A stretch of DNA of 64,000 nucleotides. Origin: Eledone cirrhosa (lineage: Eukaryota). The notes beneath the pieces are model-generated. The model saw nothing but the letters and a program-made list of their open reading frames with translations. It made no database searches and was not told the DNA's origin. The position numbers were made by a program, and so were the translations under genes. The DNA is taken from assembly GCA_964016885.1 (NCBI GenBank), contig OZ024742.1, positions 31,310,001-31,374,000 on the forward strand, read 5' to 3'. Shown piece after piece: positions 1-15,135 of this stretch. The number at the start of each line of letters is the position of its first letter. The first letter of the stretch is position 1.

Positions 1-190
1 TACGATCACTTGTGGGTTAGTTGTACCCGTAAGATGGCGGACACATTGCAGTGAACACCAGACTGGTTTAATAAAACATCACAAATGTAGATATATTGAA
101 AGGTCAGGACAACCTAAACTGTAGAAAGTAGAGCTAGACAGTATAAAGAAATATTATACATACACACATATATATATATATATATGTGTG

Positions 191-344
<154 letters not shown>

Positions 345-377
345 TTCATATATATATATATATAATTATATATACAT

Positions 378-422
<45 letters not shown>

Positions 423-689
423 TATATATATATATACATATATGTGTATAAATACATATATACACACATATTTAAATGTATATATGTATGCATGTATATG
501 TGTGAGTTTGTACACACACACACACACACACACATACATATATGTATATAGTTAATCAAAGTAGGATGGGTGGCGTTACAATAGCAGTAATTAATAGCTA
601 AGTTGCATACACAGAGAAAGAAATAACGATACACGTGGACAAATTAACAAAACTACTTATTTTCCTTGTTTAATGAACATTCTTACTAA

Positions 690-920
690 CATTGGTAAAA
701 GATCAGTGAATTGTGGGGAAGGTTAAAGTTTAAAATTAACCCCAGTATTTGACTGGTACTTTACTTTATCATTAAGCCACGCTAGAAAGTCAGATAGAAT
801 GCTTTGTGGTATCCATTCTGCCTCTCTGCTATCGGAGTTTAAATCCTGTCGAGGTTAACTTTACCATTCATCCATTCGAGGTAGATAAAAAATGTACGAG
901 TCATGTACTAGTCGATTCTT
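690..920. mobile_element. Two degraded SINE family 1 fragments (minus then plus)
   Basis: CTGGTACTTTACTTTATC (minus) and GAGTTTAAATCCTGTCGAGGTTAACTTT (plus). Confidence 0.55.
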
Positions 921-1104
921 TCTCTATATCTTTTTCTCAGTTCCATTTTCTCCCTCTCTATCCTTCTCTGGAAGAAATCTGTTGTATTCAGATTTGGAGA
1001 GGAGATGGGCCCTGTCAAGCTTAAAACAAAATGCTCTAGAAATGTCGTATGTCAATATGGCGCCTCTACGACTCCCTGAGGAGTTACGGGAATCCCCCCC
1101 CCCC

Positions 1105-1227
<123 letters not shown>

Positions 1228-1295
1228 CAAGGTTTAGCAAATAGAGAAAACGTTTTAAAATACATTTTAAAAAGTTCACTGTACTTACTATATGT

Positions 1296-1379
1296 ACCCT
1301 TACCGCGCGGTTTCAAATCCCAAAATAAATGGATAATCCAGGCGGACCACCATTGAGAAGAGGATTCTCGTCAGAAAGT
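1296..1379 (-). ncRNA. Type I hammerhead ribozyme motif
   Basis: ACTTT-CTGACGA-GAATCC..GGATTT-GAAA-CCGCGCGG-TA-AGGGT; helix I with G.U pairs, palindromic helix III. Confidence 0.7.
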
Positions 1380-1712
1380 TCTTCTCGCTCGGAGAATATA
1401 AAATTCCCAAATTCAAATCACAGACTGGAGCCATACAAAACTGTTCACAGATGAGAGTGAATGAGAAAGGGACCAATTCTGTCTAGTGTCGTGTGTAAAG
1501 ACAGAAGGCAGGGGCGGACAGGTCAATGTCCTGCCACTAAAAATAGCAGTAGTTCAAACGACCAAAATGTTATCTCTACCTTAGGGGAGATTAATAATAA
1601 TAAAGTATGTGTTCTTACGTGTAACAAATACATATAGGGATACAAGTATTATCCAACCGTATGCCAATGTGGTTCTATGGCAGGTTAATAAAACTCCGTT
1701 AATTTGATATAA

Positions 1713-1764
<52 letters not shown>

Positions 1765-2420
1765 AATTAAAAAACGGAGTTAAAGAGTCACGTTAATCCT
1801 CTATAATTTAATGAGCTCAAGGTATAGATTCCGGGCTCTTTATAGAGAAAAGTACACAAAGAGGCATGTCTTCAATTATAGGGGTAGAATACCACCAGAG
1901 TGAAAAACGTATTGTCTACAAAAGGAATGGAGAATACATATAAAAAAAAATAAATTAAAATGTACAAACCATCCGTTTATAGCTATAAAACCTGGACATG
2001 GCCAAATTAGAGAATGTTTCGCCCCCAAAAAGTGAAGATTCTATATTGAAGGTGGACTACAATATGGTCCACACTTCTAAAAATATATCAGATAACTAAA
2101 ATAGCGCACATGGTGTAGAGAAAAGAAAAGACACGTGTTATATAGCCCATGGTGGTGTGAATAGACCAGAAGACCGCTAAAAACAGCAGCTCAGAACCAT
2201 TCAACTTAAGAAGCTCTACTTACATATAGACATGAATTAGGAGCCAACATATCAAATTAAAAAAAACCGAGTTAAAGACTCACATTTATCCCCTATAATT
2301 TAATGAGCTCAAGGAATAGATTCCGGGCTCTTTATATATCAGCATTCGGAGAGAAGTACACAGAGAGATATGTGTTCATTAAAAGAACAATTATAACTGG
2401 ATTATATTATTATTTTCTAG

Positions 2421-2606
2421 ATTGGCAGTATCGGTAGAGGGTCGGACGCCATGTTTTCCAGCATAGTTACGTCCCTTTGCGGTCTGAGTTCAAATCCCGC
2501 CGAGGTTAACTTTACCTTTCATCCTTACGGGGTCGATAAAATAAAGTACCAGTAATGTACTGGGTAATTTATGGCCTTGTGCCAAAAGTAGAAACAATTA
2601 TTATTT
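2421..2606 (+). mobile_element. SINE family 1 copy
   Basis: Close match to 54180-54360; ATTATT tail. Confidence 0.85.
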
Positions 2607-2862
2607 TCTAGAATGATCTCAGCATTAAATTAAGAAATTTATTTGACAAATAAACTTAAGAAAACTGGTCTTTTTTGGTGGTTTTCCTCCTTTGTGCTTT
2701 CAATGACTTTGAAAATGGGGGAGTGTTTGTATGTGTGTGTAGGTGTTTGTATGTGTTTGTGTGTGTGTAGAGGGGTTGTAGGTGTATGTAGAGGTGTGTG
2801 GGTGTGTAGGTGTTTGTGTTTGTTTGTGTGTGTATCGAACCCACGACATTATGATCGTAAGT

Positions 2863-2900
<38 letters not shown>

Positions 2901-2966
2901 TCCATATACTGTATATGTATACGGAAATTATTAATGAAGTTGGTCATTATTTCTACACACAATATG

Positions 2967-3035
<69 letters not shown>

Positions 3036-3048
3036 CTATATATATGTG

Positions 3049-3100
<52 letters not shown>

Positions 3101-3121
3101 TAGAGGTGTTGCCGCCAATTA

Positions 3122-3185
<64 letters not shown>

Positions 3186-3261
3186 CTAAGTATTGAGTAC
3201 TTTGGTGCGTTATGGTCCACCTGGTTCCTTACTACATTTCCTTCGTTATATATATATATAC

Positions 3262-3991
<730 letters not shown>

Positions 3992-4009
3992 CTTAGAGGT
4001 GTTGCCGCC

Positions 4010-4103
<94 letters not shown>

Positions 4104-4400
4104 TATAAATTATGTCCATAGAATCATTTGATAAGATATATACTCCATTTCCTCTCCCAATTAGCATAATCAACCACACAAAAAACCAAATAAACCAGGC
4201 TATAAGATTAAAAGGCACCTATGAAGAAATAATAGATAAATAAACGACAGCCATCTATTCGCGATCAACAGCCATAGAATATTTACCCAGCATTACAATA
4301 GCACGTGGAAATCGATTAAATATATCGTCAACCATACACAATTAGGTATAAAATTAAAGTTAGAAGAAAAAAGGCATATACACATACCAGGATTACGTTT

Positions 4401-4480
<80 letters not shown>

Positions 4481-4955
4481 ATAGATATGTATATTTATAT
4501 ATATATATAACTGTGCGTAAGGATCTATTTATAAAAATATTTTCATATTTAATATAGTTGGAAAATTAATTAAATTCTAACGAAAGGGGATTTCTCACCA
4601 ATATCTGACGTCAGTTATTTCTTAAAATACACAGTTCCGTCTTGAAAACTACGACGACATCTTATTAATATAAATACATATTTACATTATAAAATCGGAT
4701 ATGTGTGTGTATGTGTCAGTGTGTGTGTGTGTGTGCGTATGCGCGTGTTTGAAAGAGAAAGAGAGGATGGAAAGTAAGATTGTACGGGAAAAGAGAGCGG
4801 ACGTGAGAAGTGGGAAGATGGAGGGAGAGAAATAAAGAAAACGGGAAAAGGAGAAACTAGAACTCACATACACATACACATTCATGTATAAGCACACATA
4901 CACACAAACATATTTATATATATATAGAAGAAAAAAGGAGAGACGTGCACATATT

Positions 4956-5001
<46 letters not shown>

Positions 5002-5288
5002 GGAGGTGAGTTTTATTGTAGTACAATAAAGCAATGTACATTATCTTCCAACGGTTTTCAACCTCTCTATGTAAAACAATATATCTCCTCTCAGTTATAA
5101 AAACTATCTCTTTCTCTCTATCACCCATCTCTCCCTCTCATCTCCTCCCCCTTTTCATCCTTTCCACCCCCCCTCTCTAAATAAAATATTTTTCCCAATA
5201 TCACACATCAATCTAAAACCACTTTTCATATGTTGATTTAAAACTGCACTATCCACAAGTGTTTTTTAGCCTTCATATCATGTTCTCC

Positions 5289-5359
5289 TGTTTTATCTGA
5301 TGAAAACACAAATATTATTGCATGATGATGTTTGTTTTTGAAATGCGCATAATAAAATA
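5289..5359 (+). ncRNA. Type I hammerhead ribozyme motif
   Basis: TGTTTTAT-CTGATGA-AAACACAAATAT..ATGTTTGTTTTT-GAAA-TGCGCA-TA-ATAAAATA. Confidence 0.8.
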
Positions 5360-5389
5360 CATGGAACTCCTTTAACCATCATTTGATCT

Positions 5390-5491
<102 letters not shown>

Positions 5492-5543
5492 TTAGATATA
5501 TTTAGATACATGCATATATAGACAAATTATCAAAGGTTAACAA

Positions 5544-5663
<120 letters not shown>

Positions 5664-5704
5664 GATATATTAACAAATGGAAACTATATTTATAAAACCA
5701 TATT

Positions 5705-5769
5705 TATTTCATTATACATATTTCAAGGACACCAAGTTAAATTATGGTGTGCTTTCATCAGATAACATA
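5705..5769 (-). ncRNA. Type I hammerhead ribozyme motif (family A, inverted copy)
   Basis: Reverse complement of 6025-6089 with a few substitutions. Confidence 0.7.
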
Positions 5770-6024
5770 TAATATAGATCAGTTTTATAAATAAATATTG
5801 ACATACCCTTAAAGAATGCGACCATTTCTGTTGGAAGCTCCCGGATAGTGGGGTTATAAATTTATTTATACTATTATGCAAATTAGTGTCGGATATTTTT
5901 AAAACACAGTAGATTTAAAATAAGCCGTTGGGGTATAGAGAAAGGGAATCCGGGAGCTTCCAACAGAAATGGTCGCATTCTTTAAGGGTATGTCAATATT
6001 CATTTATAAAACTGATCTATATTA

Positions 6025-6089
6025 TATTTTATCTGATGAAAGCACACCATAATTTAACTTGGTATCCTTGAAATATGTATAATGAAATA
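6025..6089 (+). ncRNA. Type I hammerhead ribozyme motif (family A)
   Basis: TATTTTAT-CTGATGA-AAGCACACCA..TGGTATCCTT-GAAA-TATGTA-TA-ATGAAATA. Confidence 0.75.
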
Positions 6090-6221
6090 AATATGGTTTT
6101 ATAAATATAGTTTCCATTTGTTAATATATCGTATTTTTACTCCAATAATTTGTTGAGTGCTTTATATCAGTTATAAAAATATTTGCTTGTTGTATCCCAA
6201 CAATTTAAATAGAACTTCTAC

Positions 6222-6313
<92 letters not shown>

Positions 6314-6432
6314 CCCGGGTTCAATCGAGAGTAACCACTATAAGATATTCAATACATAGTAGAGTATATACAATATTTAATATAGAAAAAGGCTTCTACA
6401 GGATTAGAACTGTTTCATTCGAAGGAAATCAT

Positions 6433-6479
<47 letters not shown>

Positions 6480-6579
6480 AATGAAACCATCGGTAGGGAT
6501 TTGTTGAAAGTAAGTCTATATATATATGTATGTGTGTATATATATATGTATGTGTGTATATATATATGTATGTATATAT

Positions 6580-6633
<54 letters not shown>

Positions 6634-6634
6634 G

Positions 6635-6720
<86 letters not shown>

Positions 6721-7104
6721 CATATATATATATAGACTTACTTTCAACAAATCTCTACCGATGGTTTCATTTGTAAAAAAGCAATTTTTCGTAATTGTGA
6801 GAGTACAAAACCATCGGGGGACGATCTCACTAAAGGAGATAATTTCAAATGTCCGCCAGTGTTTCATTGACGTTAGACAAGATTTGTATTTAATGTTTTT
6901 CGTTCTAGAATATTCATTCATAAATGTGTTTGAATAACATAAGAAGCGACATCAAGTTTTTGTGATGGAAAAAAGTTTGTGTTGGTTTTTGTTGTATTCA
7001 ATTGTGTATATATTTCTGACATTGGCCATTGTGTGTGTGTGTAAAAAGTAAACAGAAATAACAAACCAAACGACACAGTACATTGAAGAATTATATTATG
7101 TTAC

Positions 7105-7205
<101 letters not shown>

Positions 7206-7506
7206 ATTCGCTTAACGAGTTGGGGTGGAGCTCATCAAATAGGACCGAGGAAATAATGTTTCCATTGGTCTTTCTTATTGCTACGGTAGAAGGAGCAACA
7301 TGAAATAACGAGTCTTGCTCAAGGGCATAACGCATGTAGTGTGTAATACACAGTGATCGAATTCACAACTTATACACACACACACACAGACACACACACA
7401 GAGACACAGATACACACACACACACAGACACACACACAGACACACACAGACACAGACACACACACAGACACACACACAGACACACACACAGACACACAGA
7501 CACACA

Positions 7507-7612
<106 letters not shown>

Positions 7613-7760
7613 CGGATTTCCTTTATTTTTAATAATATAAGTTGTAGACTTGTTTAAGTATGTGCTACTTTATTATACACAGGTACATTACCAGAAGTTT
7701 TGTATCCCTTTTGTGGGACACACTTTCTATTGCTTGTTTGAGTGTTTGTTGTCAATAGAG

Positions 7761-7976
7761 GATTGGCAGATTCGTTAGAGCGTGGGATAAAATGCTTTGA
7801 AACAGTTTTGTCTGATCTTTAGGTTCTGAGTTCAAATCTCGCAGAGGTCAACTTTGCCTTTCATCCTTACGGGGTCGATAAAATAAAGTACCAGTAATAA
7901 ACTGGGGTAGATTTAATCGATTCTCCACTTCCTTTAAAATTGCTGGTCTTTTGCCAAAAGTAGAAACAATTATTAT
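7761..7976 (+). mobile_element. SINE family 1 copy (long variant)
   Basis: Same B-box, body and tail, with an extra ~30-bp internal segment. Confidence 0.8.
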
Positions 7977-8687
7977 GTTTGTGGTTGACAGTTTGAGAAG
8001 TACATCAGATAATATGTTAGATCATGAAAAAAACATGCCTCTTTGATTAATTAATTAATCAACTCATGCGTTGTGATGAAAGGTATTGGGTAGACAGAAA
8101 CTGTTCGGAAGCCCGTCGAATTGACAGTTCCTGTAATTCATACGGCCAGATTTGTCACACACCGTGTCACACTGAATCACGTTAAGGGTACACTACATGT
8201 ATCTGTGGAATACTCAGCCACTTACACGTCAAATCACGAGCAAGTTATTCTTCTGTTGATCGAACAACTGGAATATTTAACCACTTTTGGACACACACCC
8301 TCAACTTTATACACCGTATCACACTGAATAACGTTCCTGAAAATCACGTTATGGGTACACTACATGTGTCTATATGTGTCTGTGGAATACTCAGCCACTT
8401 TACACTTCATATAACGAGCAAGTTGTTCTTCCGTTGATCGAACAACTGGAATATTCATCGTCGAAACCGACAGAGATCCGTTCCAGTCCAATCTGGCAAA
8501 CTGTGATTTAAGCTGGAGGTGATATGAAGTGAGACATAGAGTTGTTTCACTGCCAACTGATTTAATGTCTGTTGTTAAATAAAGCTGGTTTTCTCCTTAT
8601 TTCATGTTTGTGTTGATGTCGACTGAACAGAATAGACTATCGTTAGCTTTTATTGCGTCTACATATTATGGCTTAGAAGATAACGAA

Positions 8688-8790
<103 letters not shown>

Positions 8791-8796
8791 TGTATT

Positions 8797-8867
<71 letters not shown>

Positions 8868-8980
8868 GTGTGTGTGTGTGTTTGTGTATTTATATATATA
8901 TATATATAATCAAGCGTTAACCTAATATATCCCTTCCATATACTGTACCGATTGTGTTGTTAGTTCTGTTTACCTTTTAC

Positions 8981-9023
<43 letters not shown>

Positions 9024-9240
9024 TAAAAAATAAAAACAAAAACAATAACATAGAGTGCAGTGCGAACGGTGTTGGTATTAGGTCCACGCTTGAGAGTGGG
9101 GAGTGTGGGACGACGTTTCGGCATAAGTCCTTCATCGGGAGAAAGGTGGGAAGGAAAAGAGTTCCGAGGGTGTGAGGGGGAGTGGTGAAAAGACATTAAA
9201 AAGGGGGGAAAATATATATGTTTATAGACGTATGTTTATA

Positions 9241-9300
<60 letters not shown>

Positions 9301-9776
9301 CTTTACCACCGCCCCTACCACACTACCTTGTCATTACCACCACCACCACCACCGCTACTACTACTACTACTACTACTACTTTGAATTCAGAGAGTAGAGA
9401 GGAGGAACGATCACCACAAAGTACTCTAACTGACGTTCTAACGACTATCAGAGTTCTTTCGACGCCTACACATGATAATAAACCGATAAATTATAACACC
9501 TGTCCCCAATAATTACACCTGGGAGATTCTGTGTGACACAGTGTGTAACAAAGCTGGCCTCTTGAATTACTGGTACAGTCCAGCTAACTGGCTTCCAAAC
9601 AGTTTCTCCTCTACCCAGTTCACATACAAGGCACGGGTCAACTCGAAGCTGTGCTAAATGACACGCAGCGGATTCGAACCTGGGACCTAATGATTGCGAA
9701 GCGAGCTCCTTAACTATTCAGCTATGAGAGAATGCGTAATAGTGAAATACGTCATGTCAGAGGTATGCTTGAGAAA

Positions 9777-9960
9777 TGTTTACCTTTGGCACAAGGCCAG
9801 CAATTATCCCAGTGTATTACTGGTACTTTATTTTACCGACCCCGTAAGGATGAAAGGCAAAGTTAACCTCGGCAGGATTTGAAATCAGACCATAAAGGGT
9901 CGTAACTCTTTGCTGCAAAGCATGGCGTCTGACCCTCTATCGATACTGCCAATCCACCGT
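9777..9960 (-). mobile_element. SINE family 1 copy
   Basis: Reverse complement of the family consensus (GGCACAAGGCCAGCAATT..GATTTGAA). Confidence 0.8.
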
Positions 9961-10009
9961 CAATCCACCCTAATAACAGCTTGAAATTAGAATCGATCGT
10001 CCAAAATCT

Positions 10010-10385
10010 GTCTTGAGCCCAGAGGCTCACCAGGCCGGTGCTTATTCCGGTTTTTGTGGTGCTAAGCGACTGAGAGTACAAGACCCCACCCCCCTGAACA
10101 GGACGCCAGTCCATCACAGGGTTAAACCCCCAGTTATTCCTGGTACTCATTTTTAGCTGAGTATACTGGAGCAATGTGAAATGAAGTGTTTTGCCCAAGA
10201 ACATAAAATATAACCCAGCTTAGGATCGAACCCATAACATTATGATCATAAGTCCAACACCCTTACCACTGGAGCTATGTGAAATGAAGTGTTTTGCTTA
10301 AGAACACAACACACAACCCAGTTCAGTAATCGAACCCACGGTATTATGATAGCAAGTTCAACACAATAACCACTTTGCCACGCGC
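10010..10385 (-). mobile_element. Two nested or tandem SINE family 2 copies
   Basis: GTGAAATGAAGTGTTTTGC(C/T)(C/T)AAGAACA and GATCGAACCC-like B-box each occur twice. Confidence 0.65.
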
Positions 10386-10655
10386 CTATCTCTCTCTATA
10401 GTGTTACGTAACTCTTGACCTGTCTCTTGATAAAATATATTGCTTGCGGAACTAACAAACTAACAAACTAACAAACCGATCCTCTTTAACCCCACACGAT
10501 ACATCACATACCATCCTCCTTAACCCCACATGGTACACCAGATGTCATAGTTTTAAATGGGAGAGAGAGGGACTTAGAAATATTTTGCTATTTAGTTCCA
10601 TGGGGGATTCTAGAAGGAATGTCTCTCTTCCTGTAAATAGTGAGGAAACGCAGTC

Positions 10656-10727
<72 letters not shown>

Positions 10728-10746
10728 ACTCCCTCTCTCTCTCTCT

Positions 10747-10829
<83 letters not shown>

Positions 10830-11499
10830 CATACACATGCATATATGCATATATGCACACAAATAGCTATATATTACTATGTGCGTTCGTGTGGTGTGTA
10901 TGAGGTTACTAAATGTAATCAGAGAGAGAGAGAGGGGGGGGGAGAGGAGTGAGAAAGAGAGGGGGAGAGAGAGAGGAACAAGAAAAGAGCTTTGTGAATG
11001 AGAGGAGGGCAAGAGAAGAGAATGACATGAAAAACAGTAGAGAAAGAACGTAAGAGAGGAGATACAAATATATACGTATCTAATATCGTTATATTTTATG
11101 AGGGTAAGTGGTTAGGGTTGGATCGAAAATCGTAAGTTCGATTCTCGGCAAGACACTTTATTTCACTTTGTTCTAGTCAACTGACCTGAGATTGAGTTAT
11201 ATCTGTAATTCAAAGCCATGTCATAGCTGTGTCACACATTATCTCCCTGAGTACTACGTTAAGAATACTCGTGTCTGTGAAATATTCAGCCACTTGCTCG
11301 TTAATTTCACAGCAAATATATTTAAGACTGTGCTGCCGCTACACACATAGACGACATTTGACTGATTGAGTCAAAGTTGTTTACTAACACACTCTAACAT
11401 GTGATGGTTTAACTCCTCTGACATATCTACCGCTACTACAATGGCCTCTTCTCCATTTAAATGGCTAATCCTGTGCCATCGCTACACAACTCTCCCGCC

Positions 11500-11935
11500 T
11501 CATATGGTATCCACCTCCCACCCATATGATATCCACCACTCCCTATTGTATCTACCACCCCCATACGATAACCATCACCCCATATTGTATCTAACACACC
11601 ATTGTATCTACTACCCCCGTATGATATCTACCTCACCCCCATATTGTATCTAACCCCCCCCCCCCATTGTATCTACCACCCCCATATGATATCCTCCCCA
11701 TATTGTATCTCACCCCCATTGTATCTACCACCCCATGTGATATCTACCTCACCCACATATTGTATCTAACCCCTCATTGTATCTACCACCCCATATGATA
11801 TCCTCCCCAATTGTATCTCACCCCCATTGTATCTACCACCCCATGTGATATCTACCTCACCCCCATATTGTATCTAACCCCCCATTGTATCTACCACCCC
11901 CATTTGATATCTACCTCACCCCCATATTATCTACT
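11500..11935. repeat. C-rich minisatellite (CCCCATATTGTATCTA/GATATCTACC units)
   Basis: Recurrent ATTGTATCT and ATGATATC subunits. Confidence 0.85.
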
Positions 11936-12019
11936 AGCCACTATACCCAGTTCTTTCTTCCTAGAACGTTGTCCCACTGAAATTATTTCTCTCTCCATTT
12001 ATTTTTGTTGTTGTTAACT

Positions 12020-12345
12020 ACCAAACTCTTGAAGGAGAAGATCAAGTGACATCTGGAGATCAGCTAAAGTGATGGACACACCTTCTCTACCACCAGACCA
12101 AACTGTTCAGGGAGAAGATAAACGACTCTGGAGATCAGCTAAAGTGATGGACAGACCTTCTCTACCACCAGACCAAACTGTTCAGGGAGATCAAACGACA
12201 TCTGGAGATCAGCTAAAGTGATGGACACACCTCTACCACCAGACCAAACTGTTGATGCAGAGGGTCAAGTGACATCTGGAGGTCAGCTAAGATCATGAAT
12301 ACACCTTCTTTAAAGCCATGGACACACCCTCTCTACCTCCAGACC
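12020..12345. repeat. ~74-bp minisatellite, ~4 copies
   Basis: GACATCTGGAGATCAGCTAAAGTGATGG variants at ~12048, 12124, 12197 and 12271. Confidence 0.9.
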
Positions 12346-12527
12346 AATCAAATAAATAAAAAAATTAAAGGTGTATATTAAAGAAATAGGTTTTACCCAC
12401 CTTTGAAATCGCTGCCAAACTATTCGAGAAATAGTTTTTAGAGAGAGAAACGTGCCAAAAAGTAGAAACTATTATATTAGAAGGGTATGAGGTCCATGCT
12501 TTTATCAATGTTATAGGGGTTAATGGT

Positions 12528-12686
12528 TTCAGTGGTTAGAGCGTTGAGCTCGCAATCATAAGGTTGTGAGTTGGAATCCAAGACCGGGTAGTGCGTGAAA
12601 TAAAGTGTTTGAGCAAAGCACTTTATTTCACGTTGCTCCAGTTCCCTCAGCTGTAAAAATGAGTTACGACGTCACTGGTGTCAACA
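12528..12686 (+). mobile_element. tRNA-derived SINE family 2 with a CORE-like central domain
   Basis: AGTGGTTAGAGCG head, then TTGAGCAAAGCACTTTATTTCAC..CTCAGCTGTAAAAATGAG resembling the MIR/CORE domain; related copies at 10010-10385 (-), 11105-11310 (+) and 33860-34020 (+). Confidence 0.65.
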
Positions 12687-12693
12687 TTACATA

Positions 12694-12810
<117 letters not shown>

Positions 12811-12935
12811 TATGTATACGTACATACATATATGTATACAGACGTTCAGTAGTATGCATATATATACATACATGCACACATATATATATGTACATATGGA
12901 TTTACTGAACATTTATTATAATGCTCGGTTTGTTT

Positions 12936-13246
12936 GTAAATATCATCTTGGTTTAGAGAGTGGGACTGGCTTTGTGCAGTGCCTTTGCTCACTATAAAAG
13001 CTTCACGGCACAGGCATTGCTTTATATCTGGAGATCTCTCTGCACTTGTCGTCACATGGAACCATGGGCCCAGCACTATGTGTCAATAATTGTCACAAGT
13101 GTAGTGTTTGTACCAGGGTTTTCAAGTCGCCGGCTGGACTAAAAAGTCACACTCGTTCAGCGCATTGGTAGGGGTTCTCCTACATGAATATAAAGTAGTG
13201 GCCGTACTCGAAAACGAGTTGGCAGCCGCCATGTACGTATACATAC
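12936..13246 (+). mobile_element. RTE-like LINE 3' end with a terminal C2H2 finger
   Basis: Encodes HKCSVCTRVFKSPAGLKSHTRSAHW*; second copy at 49738-50032 on the minus strand. Confidence 0.7.
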
Positions 13247-13940
13247 TTATATTTAAGTAACAGCCGTACTAAGAGTGAGAAATGAAATTTCGTTTCATTT
13301 TTTTCCATTTATATATATATATATATGTTGTCACGTCACTGGTGCCAAGCTGTATCACTTTTTGCCTTTCCCTTTCACAACATAGGTGGCATGGTGAAGA
13401 GAAACTAGCCAACTTGGACGACTGCTGGTCTTCCACAATAGCATCGTTCCCAGGTTAATACCTCGGTGAGGAACTTTCTACGTGCAAAACCATGGTCATT
13501 TGAGATCGAAGGGTTACGTTAGGGTACAAGATGTGACACAATGAAGGTCAAATGGTTTCTAACAAGCGTTATATAGATGTATTTATGTTTGTGTTTGGGT
13601 TTGTAAATATGTAAGTAGTCATTTTGTTGTAGCTTTCCTTTGATTACGTCTATGTCTATATGCACCCTGAACACTACCTATAGTTAGTGCAATAGTATAT
13701 ATGTAATATATGTAATATATGTAATATCTGGCAGCTTGCAACAATTGAATCTTCTTCTTAACATTAATAAATGTGCCGAATTCTTCGTACCTTATGTCAT
13801 AGCAAAAACTGCCTGCTAGCATCCGCAGACAACACAGAGAGCTTTTTGCATTTTAGTTGTTGGGTAGGGTTGTCTCAGAAACACACACACACACACACAC
13901 ACACACATTCACATACACACACATACACACACACGCATAC

Positions 13941-14059
<119 letters not shown>

Positions 14060-14396
14060 TTAATGTAGGTAGTATAGTGAATACCGGTGTTGGTACCAAG
14101 TCAAGCACTCTATGCACAGGCAGAGTGTATATAATAGAAAAAACGAGGAAGTTTTGTTTACATATGAAAAATATTTATTGCGTATCGACCTGTTACGCGC
14201 GTTTCGCAGAGGATTGGCTCAAGGTGACCCATAGGAGTTAAGGACCCGACTCCAGTATCGCATTGCCGCATTGCCGCCCCACAATTTACACCAGGATATA
14301 CATATACGCCCACGCACACAAAAAATAGGGCCAATGCCTATATATATACATTCTCAGTCCACAAACCACAATACAAATACATCTTTTATCGCACCA

Positions 14397-14486
14397 CCAG
14401 TCTGAGGAGCAGATCGATACTGGAGCCGGGTCCATAACTCCTATGGGTCACCTTGAGCCAAACTTCTAGGAAATGAACATAACAGG
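14397..14486 (+). ncRNA. Degenerate type I hammerhead motif with a long helix II
   Basis: CCAGT-CTGAGGA-GCAGA..-GAAA-TGAACA-TA-ACAGG; the inverted copy at 14151-14260 preserves TCTGC-GAAA-CGCGCG-TA-ACAGG. Confidence 0.55.
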
Positions 14487-14538
14487 TCGATACGCAATAA
14501 ATATTTATATTAATATTTAATATTTCATATGTAAACGA

Positions 14539-14599
<61 letters not shown>

Positions 14600-14637
14600 A
14601 TATTAATAAATGGAAACTATATTTATAAAACCCTAAT

Positions 14638-14703
14638 TATTTTATTATATATATTTCAAGGGCAACCAAGGCAAATTATGGTGCGCTTTCATCAGATAAA
14701 ATA
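14638..14703 (-). ncRNA. Type I hammerhead ribozyme motif (family A, inverted copy)
   Basis: TATTTTAT-CTGATGA-..-GAAA-TATATA-TA-ATAAAATA on the minus strand. Confidence 0.78.
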
Positions 14704-14777
14704 CTATCCAGGGAACTTCAACCGTTAAGGTTGTCTTTTTTCCGGGTATGTCAATATTTATTTATAAAACAAATCTG

Positions 14778-14843
14778 TATTTTATCTGATGAAAGCGCAC
14801 CATAATTTGCCTTGGTTGCCCTTGAAATATGTATAATAAAATA
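14778..14843 (+). ncRNA. Type I hammerhead ribozyme motif (family A)
   Basis: TATTTTAT-CTGATGA-AAGCGCACCA..TGGTTGCCCTT-GAAA-TATGTA-TA-ATAAAATA; perfect 8-bp helix I. Confidence 0.8.
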
Positions 14844-14974
14844 AATATGGTTTTATAAATATAGTTTCCATTTATTAATATATTGAATATTTACTCCACA
14901 AATCTGTTGAGTGCTTTATATCAGTTATAAAATGTTTAAGCTTGTTGAATCACAACAAATTAAATATAACCTCT

Positions 14975-15032
<58 letters not shown>

Positions 15033-15072
15033 CAAAATGTTAATAAACGAAAAATATCATAATCAAAATATA

Positions 15073-15135
15073 TATTTTATTATACATATTTCAAAGGTAC
15101 AATGGTGTTTAAGTACGTTTTCATCAGACAAAATA
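15073..15135 (-). ncRNA. Type I hammerhead motif at the 3' end of the Penelope-like element
   Basis: TATTTTGT-CTGATGA-AAACGTAC..GTACCTTT-GAAA-TATGTA-TA-ATAAAATA. Confidence 0.78.

Larger units (their letters stand above)
14596..14976. mobile_element. Penelope-like terminal repeat with inverted partial copy (family A)
   Basis: Inverted arms 14596-14704 and 14777-14885; homologous to 5950-6220; (TA)n on both sides. Confidence 0.75.

Noticed and set aside
31-40. YY1-like AAGATGGCGG
   Set aside because: Single motif at the window edge with no supporting context.
6750-6830. Hammerhead-like GAAA-CCATCGG-TA with TTTGTA/TACAAA stem on the minus strand
   Set aside because: 5' core reads CCGATGG and helix I is poor; not counted.
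9105-9142. Hammerhead-like CCGATGA-AGG..CC-GAAA-CGTCG-TC on the minus strand
   Set aside because: Core U changed to C and no helix I pairing; at best a decayed copy.
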